A DNA stretch of 38,997 nt from Acidobacteriota bacterium (GTDB lineage Bacteria > Acidobacteriota > Terriglobia > UBA7540). Location of the stretch: positions 1-38,997 of the forward strand of contig JAJYHU010000078.1 of NCBI GenBank assembly GCA_021784615.1, given 5' to 3'. A program made the translations under genes and the position numbers. Positions 11,408-18,655 of the stretch are shown here, piece by piece. The stretch's first letter is position 1. Every line of letters begins with the position of its first letter. The notes below the pieces were generated by a model. That model made no database searches. It saw only the letters and a program-made list of their open reading frames with translations, and was not told the origin of the DNA.

Positions 11408-12589
11408 TCACTGCCCGTTCGGGTTCGGCTGGGCGGCTCCCTCGGGTACGGCAAACACTTTAGGCACGCGCGCGGCGGCCGGGGGCAGGGCAGGGAACTT
11501 CATGTGCGGCTCGGTCTGGTACCAATAAGCGGCCGTGTAGAAGTTATCCGAGCGGTTGTTGCCCGTGCCGTGCTCGATGGTGGCGCGAATGGACTTTTGA
11601 AACACCGGCAACGAATCGAGATGCCAGCGGTAGAGACACCACTCTCCCCCGATTGCAAACGGATTCACAACGTAAGGCGCTCCGATGAGTTCGTAATCGA
11701 ACGCTTGCCCGCCGAATCCCCACGCCCCGTTGTAGTAGTCTTCGGAGCCGGTGCCGTTGGTGACCGGCCGGGCGCTTCCGTCGATAAACAGCATGTCATC
11801 GCCTTCGCCCCACCAGCCGTTCTGGTTCAGCAAAATTCCCTGGGTAACGCCCATCAAATGCCCGCGGCCTTCCGCTTCCATAAAGACGTAGTTGTTCTTC
11901 CCCGTTAAATTATATTTTTCCGCGGTTTCCCAGCCCGGGCAGGGGGCCGCCTGGCGGTACTGCGCGTGGAAGTATCCGAGGTCCGGCGGCAACTCGCCGA
12001 GCAGGTGGTAATCGATGTTCCAGTAAAGGCTTCTCACTTCGGCGCCGCCTTCGTTGGTGACGGTAATCCGCGCGGACTTGCGGAAGGGCATGGGGAAATA
12101 GCAGTTCAAGGCTTTTATGGGCGCCACGCTCAGGAGCGCCGATTGATAGGTGAAATAAGTTCCCAGGTTCAGGCCGAAAAAGTCTCCGATGGGCGCTTCC
12201 ACGCTGGGCTCGGCTTCTCCATCCCAGAACATGCGCAGCACCAGATTCTTCAAGTGCCAGCGGTCCGGGCTGTTGATGGTGAACCAGATGTGGCCGATGC
12301 TTCCCGGCCCTTCCGACTCCAGCACCGTGATCGACGCTCCGGGCTCAACCTTGCGCGCGTCCGCGTTGCCCCCGGTGCGGTCATAACTCGAAGACTTGGC
12401 GGTCCGGTAGTCGCGCAAAGCCGCAAGCGATAAGGATTCCGGGTACGCCGCTTTCTCTCCCGGGCCTGCGGCTGCCGCCGGGCTCGCTCCCTCCGCCATG
12501 CCCAGCGCGGCGGCTGAGGTGATCCCCACGCCCAGCGTGCGGCTGAAGAGTTTCCGGCGTTGTAAAGAAAAGGGACGTTTTCCAAACAT
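11408..12589 (-). CDS. Secreted DUF2961 / glycoside hydrolase family 172 protein
   Basis: Tat-type signal (QRRKLFSRTLGVGITSAAALGMA). Family-typical blocks GPGSIGHIWFT and LRMFWDGEAEPSVEAPIGDFFG. Confidence 0.8.
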   Translation of the reverse strand: MFGKRPFSLQRRKLFSRTLGVGITSAAALGMAEGASPAAAAGPGEKAAYPESLSLAALRDYRTAKSSSYDRTGGNADARKVEPGASITVLESEGPGSIGHIWFTINSPDRWHLKNLVLRMFWDGEAEPSVEAPIGDFFGLNLGTYFTYQSALLSVAPIKALNCYFPMPFRKSARITVTNEGGAEVRSLYWNIDYHLLGELPPDLGYFHAQYRQAAPCPGWETAEKYNLTGKNNYVFMEAEGRGHLMGVTQGILLNQNGWWGEGDDMLFIDGSARPVTNGTGSEDYYNGAWGFGGQAFDYELIGAPYVVNPFAIGGEWCLYRWHLDSLPVFQKSIRATIEHGTGNNRSDNFYTAAYWYQTEPHMKFPALPPAAARVPKVFAVPEGAAQPNPNGQ

Positions 12590-12871
12590 TGATTCGCTCC
12601 TTCCAAGGCTGTAGAGTTTTCCGGCCGCTCAATCGGTGCAGCAAGAAGCCTAAGTATAATCCAATCCCAGCGCCGCGCCGGAAAGCGCGGCGGCAAAATT
12701 TCCGGGCCGCCGGCGATCGAATTCTCCAGCCCGCGCCCGTTGCGAGCTTCCTCGCCGCCCTTCGGCTCCTCGGAATCGCACGCAACCTGGGTTTTCAAGC
12801 AGACTCGCGCGGGGAGAGCGTGGCCGCGTCGGCGGCCGGGCGAGGGGGTTGCGCCGCGGCGCAGAAAAGAC

Positions 12872-12900
12872 TTGACAAACCAAGCCTAGTGTGCTAGGCT
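12872..12900 (+). promoter_or_regulatory. Orphan sigma70-like promoter TTGACA-17 nt-TAGGCT
   Basis: Perfect -35 TTGACA (12872-12877), a 17-nt spacer and -10 TAGGCT (12895-12900, with T1, A2 and T6 conserved). There is no plus-strand CDS downstream before the minus-strand gene at 13352. An 8-bp hairpin (12882-12901) overlaps the spacer and -10. Confidence 0.3.
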
Positions 12901-12906
12901 TCCCGA

Positions 12907-13050
12907 TAGCTTTGCGAGGGGCGGGGCTGTGCATCTGAGGGTGAGTGAATGCGAGCAACTGTGGCCGCAAGGGGCCTGGAAACCGCAGACCGGATGGCAG
13001 GCGTTGCAGGAAGGGAATTGGCGTGCTGGAACCGTCGCAAGGCTTGTTTT
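12907..13050 (+). ncRNA. Hypothetical structured small RNA (unclassified)
   Basis: Starts just downstream of the orphan promoter. The 5' segment AGCUUUGCG (12908-12916) can pair with CGCAAGGCU (13036-13044; 8 Watson-Crick pairs plus 1 G-U), followed by UGUUUU (13045-13050). Internal helices include 12959-12964/12983-12988. No recognisable family. Confidence 0.2.
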
Positions 13051-13086
13051 AGAAGCTCAAGGGCAGAAAAAAGAATTCTTTTTTTC

Positions 13087-13258
13087 AAAAACGAAGCCAG
13101 GAAGTTGTTGAAAACAAAAGACCGCTGTGGAAAACTCCGCCAAAACGAACCTAAAACGAAGCTAAAACAAACCTACCTAAGTTGTTGAAAATACACAACA
13201 GATGAAAAAACGAAGCTAAGAACGAGCAAAATCCATCAGGCTACCTTATTGAAAATAA
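13087..13258. repeat. Three degenerate direct repeats AAAACGAAGC-N(5-29)-TTRTTGAAAA in an AT-rich tract
   Basis: Unit 1 at 13087-13116, unit 2 at 13142-13194, unit 3 at 13205-13258. AAAACGAAGC occurs 3 times, plus the variants AAAACGAACC and AGAACGAGC. AAGTTGTTGAAAA occurs twice and CTTATTGAAAATA once. The tract is flanked by the palindrome A6-GAATTC-T7 at 13067-13085. Confidence 0.5.
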
Positions 13259-13351
13259 AGGGATTATAAAACAGGCCGAAAAAGCAGAGCGAGATTTTCC
13301 GCAAGGGCTAAGGATGACACCACTAGCCTGGCCGAGGGCAATTCCATGGAT

Positions 13352-14755
13352 CTATTGAACCGCTCCCTGCGGTTTTTGAGATTGCCGCTGCGGGGTGCGA
13401 TTGACCACCGGCGGCGGCACGTAGGGTTGGTAGTCCTGGTACATGACCCGCTCGGGCCTGGGCAGTTTGCTGGGAATCTGAAAGACCAGAGCCGGCAGCG
13501 GAGATTGCTCGAAGTCGAAACAGTCCTGCATGCCGTCGGCGTGAGCGTCGCGCTGGGTCAAAGGCGGAAGGTTCCAGCGGTCTTCGATGAACTTCAGCAT
13601 CGAGGTGAAGTCGTAGGTGAAGTGCGAAACGTAGTCCGCTTTGGCGTAGGGAGAAATGACCAGCGTGGGGACCCTCGGCCCGTATCCGAAAGCGTCGACG
13701 ATGGGCGGCGGGACGTGATCGTAGAAGCCGCCGTAATCGTCCCAGGTGAGAAAGACCACGCTGTCTTTCCAGTAGGGGCTCTTCATCAAGGCGTTGATGA
13801 TGTTGGTGACGTACCACATTCCCCGTGCCACCGGCGCCAGCGTTTCGGGCGGATGCTCGCTGTCTTCGAAAGTGGGGACAATCCAGGAGACCTCCGGAAG
13901 CGTTCCGGAGTTGAGATCCTGGAAGTATTCTTTCAAATCCACCAGGTTCTTCATCTGGCCGGGATTTTCACGAACCGCTTTGAATCCCGCCAGCGGATTC
14001 CAAAGGGAAAAGGTCTTCGGCTCGCCAAACCACAGGGACGGCAGAACGCCGTAGGAATTATGGTCAGCCGTCATCGGCCGGGTCTCAACATAATACTTCC
14101 AGGAGACGCTCCCCTTGGTAAACGATTTGACGATGGACGCGAAACTGAAACCACCCTTTTCGCCGAGAACCTCTTCGATGCTCTTGATGCTGCTGAGCCC
14201 GCCGATCAGCCCTCCCGACTGTGCTGCGACGGAATAAAGGTGATTGGTCAGGCTCTCGCTCATCTCGGAAGAGAAGAAGCGGTCGCAGAGCGTGTAGTGC
14301 CGGGCGTACGACCAGTAGTTCGGGATATCACGATTGTCCAGATATCCCATGGTGAAGGGCGAGCCTTCCGCCCAAACAAACCCGTCCATCATGCCGTTGT
14401 CGTAGGCGGCGTGTTCGTTCTGCCACCCGTGATGCAGATCGTAGACGGGCTCTCCCTTGGGCATATGGAAGGGCTTGATGCAGCGCTTGCTGCCGGGCAA
14501 AACGGGAACACAGGTCGAAGGAGGAAAGCCATCCGCGCCGGGGTAGGTGCCGAAGTAACTGTCAAAACTATGGTTCTCCTGAATAATCCAGATCACATGC
14601 TTGATCTTGCGCATTCCGGAGTTTGCTTCAGAAGAGGGCGGCTTTCCGGACGGCGCGGCTGTTGCCGGCCGGGCGCTGGATGGCGGCTTCCTTCGGGCGC
14701 TCGCGCACGTGGCAAAGGCACCGCACAGGAGGACCATCAAAAGTTTTGTTCGCAT
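13352..14755 (-). CDS. Secreted phosphoesterase-family protein (non-haemolytic phospholipase C / acid phosphatase AcpA family)
   Basis: [26 protein letters not shown] is the PF04185-type N-terminal block. Start moved to [20 protein letters not shown] (ATG 14755), which has a GAGG Shine-Dalgarno 7-8 nt upstream and a signal peptide. Confidence 0.85.
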   Translation of the reverse strand: MRTKLLMVLLCGAFATCASARRKPPSSARPATAAPSGKPPSSEANSGMRKIKHVIWIIQENHSFDSYFGTYPGADGFPPSTCVPVLPGSKRCIKPFHMPKGEPVYDLHHGWQNEHAAYDNGMMDGFVWAEGSPFTMGYLDNRDIPNYWSYARHYTLCDRFFSSEMSESLTNHLYSVAAQSGGLIGGLSSIKSIEEVLGEKGGFSFASIVKSFTKGSVSWKYYVETRPMTADHNSYGVLPSLWFGEPKTFSLWNPLAGFKAVRENPGQMKNLVDLKEYFQDLNSGTLPEVSWIVPTFEDSEHPPETLAPVARGMWYVTNIINALMKSPYWKDSVVFLTWDDYGGFYDHVPPPIVDAFGYGPRVPTLVISPYAKADYVSHFTYDFTSMLKFIEDRWNLPPLTQRDAHADGMQDCFDFEQSPLPALVFQIPSKLPRPERVMYQDYQPYVPPPVVNRTPQRQSQKPQGAVQ

Positions 14756-15238
14756 CAGGATTACCTCGCTTGCTGGATGGAATCTGCTGAGCTGTTTCCC
14801 GAGGGGGCATTTTGGCACAGCCGGCAATAAAAACTCAACTTCCGCTACAAAAGCGGATCATGCGTCTCGATAAGTTTTCGCCTCACGCATTACCGCTCGC
14901 ATGCCGATATTCGTCATGTTGGCGGAGGCTGCGATGACAAGAAAACTCGAGGCGATGGTTGGGAAATGCCTCAGATGGATACGGGGGCGGACTCCTGGCC
15001 CCGCTTCAGTCCGGTTGGAACTGCGGAAGGTCGAAACCGTCGGAGATCGCTTGACCGCCCGCGAAGATCAACGCGGCGCTTCCTGTGGCGCCGAAGCCCC
15101 TGAGCTTTCTGTGATAAGCGTTCCCGCTCCGAAGCAGGAGCAGGAACGCCCGGTCTTCTTTTGGACCATGCTCAGCCTGATTGGCTTCGCCGAGGAGGCC
15201 CCTGAAGATGGCCGGCGCAAACTGCCGCAGAACCGCGG

Positions 15239-18200
15239 ATGGAGAGGAAGGCTTCCGTGAGGCTTTGGTTAACCGAGGGCTTCCGGGCCGCCGGGCGGGC
15301 GAGCTTCTTCAAGCTTGCGCTCTTGCTTCTGCTGGCCATGGCGGTTGTTTGTCCGGCGGCAAAATCGCAGTCTCAGCAAAACGCCGGGGGCTCGGATACG
15401 GTTCCGCTCTCCGACCTGGCGCTTGAAAACTTGAATTACGTCGCCGCCTCGGCGCAGGAGATTGAAGCCGTCCTGCGCGCGCAGCCCGGCTTGCTGGTGG
15501 AACTGAAGCTTTGGATCGCCCGCGACGCCACCGACCACGGGCAACTGCTGGACGAAAACGGAATGACCACCCAGGGAATCTTTGACCGCCTGGAGAGCGA
15601 CGTGCGATTTCGCGCGGTCGCCACGCGCATCCTCCAGCGCTACGGCTACCTCAGGCCTGAGGTCAATCCGAATTCGGATCTGGGGCAGCGCCAGAAACTT
15701 GAGTTTCTGTCCGAGCAGAAAAAGTTGCAGCAAGGACCGCCGGTTTTTTATCAACCGACGCCTCCCGCTTATCCGTACAACATTCCGAACCTGTCCCGTG
15801 CGCATCGGTATCCGCAAGCGGAACCCGCGGCCGCCCCGCCGCCCTTGGGACCTCCGTCGACAGAGCCGCAGAGCCCCGGGAATTACTCGAATGCTCAACC
15901 GCCCCGACTGCAGCTAACCGATCAGTCGTCGCCCGGAGGCGAAAGCGTCGAAAATGCCGGGCCGCTTTCCAACCTGGACAAAACCGGCGAAGACAGCTTT
16001 CCGGTCGGTCCGAGCAATGCTCAAGGCGCAAACGGCTTGACGGCTTCCGCGGACTTTCCGGCGCTCTCAGGCGCCGGGAAGGGAGGTCGCCTGATGCAGC
16101 CCAGGCAGGCTTCGCCTAACGGCTATCAGCAGAAGCCGTTGCGCCCGCCGATTGTTCACCGGGCGAATCCGTATTCCAACGTCCCTTCGCTTTATGACCT
16201 CTATGAACAGGTGTCGGCGCATTCTCCCAAGCTTCAACGCTTTGGGCTGGACGTGTTTGAGAACGCGCCGGCCGAGACGGGCGAACTGCCCATGGACCTT
16301 CCCGCAGGGCCCGGTTACGTGGTGGGCCCGGGCGACGGCCTCGCGATCAGCTTGTGGGGAAGCGTTGCGGAGCGGCTCTACCGCGTGGTCGACCGCGAAG
16401 GGCGGTTGTCGATTCCGGATGTAGGCCCGGTGATGGTCAGCGGCGACAGCCTGTCGGAAGTGCAGCAAAGAGTGCAACAGGTTTTGCGGACCCAGTTTCG
16501 GGATGTTTCCGCCGACGTTTCACTGGCGCGCCTGCGCACCGTGCGCGTCTACGTGGTGGGTGAAGTCCGAGACCCGGGCGCCTACGATATCAGCTCGCTT
16601 TCAACGCCTTTGAACGCTCTCATTGCGGCCGGCGGGCCCTCGCCGGATGGGTCGCTGCGCCTGGTGCAGCATTTCCGCGGCAAGAAGCTGGTGCAGAGCG
16701 TCGATCTTTACGATCTCTTGCTCCACGGGGTGCGGTCGGGTCTCGAAAGGCTCGAAAACGGCGACACGATTCTGGTGCCGCCGGTGGGGCCGGAAGTGGA
16801 AGTGGAAGGCATGGTCAGGCGGCCCGCGATCTATGAGCTTCGCGGGGAAAAGACGCTCGCCGAGGTGCTCCAGTTAGCGGGCGGAATTCTTCCCACCGCC
16901 GCCCTGCGGCACATTGAGGTTGAGCGCGTCGTGGCCCATGCAAAGCGGACGATGCTGAGCCTCGACATTCAACATCCCACCGGCTCCGCGGCGGTCAACC
17001 GGCAGCTTGAGAGCTTTGCGATCCATGACGGCGACGTGATCCGAATCTTTCCCATCGCGCCTTACAATCAGGAGGCTGTCTATCTCGAAGGGCACGTTCT
17101 GCGGCCGGGACGCTACTCTTACCGCCCCGGCGTGCGCCTCACGGACTTGATCTCTTCTTATTCCGACCTGCTGCCGCAGCCGGCGATGGGTTACGCGGAA
17201 ATCATCCGGCTCGATCCCCCCGACGATCACCCGGTTATTAAGAGCTTCGATCTCGCGGCGGCGCTCGCCCATCCGCAGTCTTCCCCCAAGCTCCAGGCGC
17301 TTGACACGGTCCGGATCTTCGGACGCTTCGATTTCGAGAATCCGCCCGCGGTGACGGTGGGCGGGGAAGTGCGCGATCCGGGAACTTACATCACCTCGGG
17401 CGTGGCGCGCGTTCGAGACGCCATCTATCAGGCCGGAGGCGTCACTCCGGACGCCTTGCTCGCTTCCGCGCAGCTGGTGCGCAGCCGGCCGGGCGGGAAG
17501 CTCACGATCATGAGCCTGAATCTTGGCGAAGCCCTTGCGGGCGACCCGCGTGAGAACGTGCTGTTGCGCCCGCGCGACCGCATTCTGGTGCAGCGCGACC
17601 CTTTGAAGTCCGATCCGCCGAGCGTCTACGTGGCGGGTGACGTGGAACGTCCCGGGCGCTTTCCCCTGACCGCCGACCTGCGCGTCAGCGACCTGGTGGG
17701 CCTTGCCGGGGGATTGAAGCGAAGCGCCGATGCGCGTACGGCCGACCTGACAAGCTACAACGTGCAAGGCTCCCATCCGAAAATAGGCGAGCATCAGGAA
17801 ATCAATCTGGCGGCGGCGCTCGAAGGCAAGCATGATGCTGTGCTTCACGATGGCGACGTTCTGACGGTGAAGGAACTGCCCGGCTGGAACGATATCGGGG
17901 CCTCGGTTACGATTCGCGGCGAAGTCCGGCATCCGGGAACGTATGGGATTGCGCCGGGAGAGCGGCTGAGCTCGGTACTGGAACGCGCCGGCGGCTTCCT
18001 CCCGACAGCCTACCCCCAGGCCGCGGTTCTCGATCGCCGGGAAGTTCGCGCGCTTCAGCAAAAGAGCCGGAATGAATTGATCCATGAATTGCAGCAGAAT
18101 GCCGGAGATATCAAAACCTCCCTCAACGAGAGCGCATCAGCCCAGGCGGCGTTGCAGCAGGCGGCGCTGCAACAGCACAAGCAGGTGCTTCGGGCCCTGC

Positions 18201-18655
18201 AAAGCGCGCCGATTACGGGACGGCTGGTGATCCATTTGAGCCGCAACCTGAAAGAGTTTGCGGGATCGCAAGACGATATTCCGGTGCGCGCCGGCGACAC
18301 CCTTTGGGTTCCCAAGCGGCCGGATTTCGTGATCGTTACAGGCCAGGTCTACAACTCGAACGCCATCACTTTTGAGCGGGGCAGAACGGCGGGGTGGTAT
18401 TTGAGCCGGGCGGGCGGAGTGACCGGCCTGGGAAACAAGAAGGCCATCTTCATCGTCCGGGCGGACGGCTCGGTGGTGAGCACGGGCGGGAACCTGTGGT
18501 GGCACGGCGACGTGCTGTCGGTGCGCGTAGACCCTGGCGACACGATTGTCGTTCCGGATAAGCCCCTGGGCGGGTCAACACTTTGGAAGAACTTAATTCA
18601 GATCAGCCAGATCGCTTCATCGTCGGCCATCGCTGCGGCCGTCGCCACTCGCTGA
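15239..18655 (+). CDS. Giant polysaccharide export protein (Wza/OPX-like) with about seven SLBB repeats
   Basis: Signal peptide. Poly_export block GPGYVVGPGDGLAISLWGS...LSIPDVGPVMVSG. Seven repeats of the pattern G-x-V-x-x-P-G-x-Y...AGG (for example VGGEVRDPGTYITSG...QAGGVTPDA). C-terminal amphipathic/hydrophobic helix IQISQIASSSAIAAAVA. Confidence 0.85.
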   Translation: MERKASVRLWLTEGFRAAGRASFFKLALLLLLAMAVVCPAAKSQSQQNAGGSDTVPLSDLALENLNYVAASAQEIEAVLRAQPGLLVELKLWIARDATDHGQLLDENGMTTQGIFDRLESDVRFRAVATRILQRYGYLRPEVNPNSDLGQRQKLEFLSEQKKLQQGPPVFYQPTPPAYPYNIPNLSRAHRYPQAEPAAAPPPLGPPSTEPQSPGNYSNAQPPRLQLTDQSSPGGESVENAGPLSNLDKTGEDSFPVGPSNAQGANGLTASADFPALSGAGKGGRLMQPRQASPNGYQQKPLRPPIVHRANPYSNVPSLYDLYEQVSAHSPKLQRFGLDVFENAPAETGELPMDLPAGPGYVVGPGDGLAISLWGSVAERLYRVVDREGRLSIPDVGPVMVSGDSLSEVQQRVQQVLRTQFRDVSADVSLARLRTVRVYVVGEVRDPGAYDISSLSTPLNALIAAGGPSPDGSLRLVQHFRGKKLVQSVDLYDLLLHGVRSGLERLENGDTILVPPVGPEVEVEGMVRRPAIYELRGEKTLAEVLQLAGGILPTAALRHIEVERVVAHAKRTMLSLDIQHPTGSAAVNRQLESFAIHDGDVIRIFPIAPYNQEAVYLEGHVLRPGRYSYRPGVRLTDLISSYSDLLPQPAMGYAEIIRLDPPDDHPVIKSFDLAAALAHPQSSPKLQALDTVRIFGRFDFENPPAVTVGGEVRDPGTYITSGVARVRDAIYQAGGVTPDALLASAQLVRSRPGGKLTIMSLNLGEALAGDPRENVLLRPRDRILVQRDPLKSDPPSVYVAGDVERPGRFPLTADLRVSDLVGLAGGLKRSADARTADLTSYNVQGSHPKIGEHQEINLAAALEGKHDAVLHDGDVLTVKELPGWNDIGASVTIRGEVRHPGTYGIAPGERLSSVLERAGGFLPTAYPQAAVLDRREVRALQQKSRNELIHELQQNAGDIKTSLNESASAQAALQQAALQQHKQVLRALQSAPITGRLVIHLSRNLKEFAGSQDDIPVRAGDTLWVPKRPDFVIVTGQVYNSNAITFERGRTAGWYLSRAGGVTGLGNKKAIFIVRADGSVVSTGGNLWWHGDVLSVRVDPGDTIVVPDKPLGGSTLWKNLIQISQIASSSAIAAAVATR

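Noticed and set aside
12907-13050. Known housekeeping RNAs (SRP/4.5S, 6S, tmRNA, RNase P) in the long intergenic region
   Set aside because: CAGACCGGAUGGCAGG superficially resembles the SRP domain IV CAGGUCCGGAAGGAAGCAG, but the GNRA tetraloop and AGCAGC are absent. There is no tRNA-like end or tag ORF for tmRNA, and no GAGGAAAGUCC for RNase P. It is kept only as an unclassified candidate.
13126-13134. DnaA-box-like TGTGGAAAA in the AT-rich tract (possible origin)
   Set aside because: It is a single 8/9 match only, with no cluster of boxes and no dnaA/dnaN context.
12949-13188. 79-aa Lys-rich ORF crossing the AT-rich repeats
   Set aside because: Its composition simply reflects the A-rich DNA. 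It has no RBS and no motif, and it overlaps the candidate RNA and the repeats.
14901-15260. 119-aa ORF in the divergent promoter region upstream of the exporter gene
   Set aside because: It has no recognisable domain or RBS, overlaps the exporter start, and its sequence looks non-protein-like. It is more likely a regulatory region of about 410 nt. It cannot be fully excluded without comparative data.
18583-18654. N-terminal extensions of ORF-track entries (18583-18654, 5418-5540, 6391-6426, 14756-14827, 25199-25687, 30185-30376, 28446-28673)
   Set aside because: These extensions overlap the preceding gene or lack homology. Internal starts give canonical N-termini, signal peptides or start-stop overlaps.
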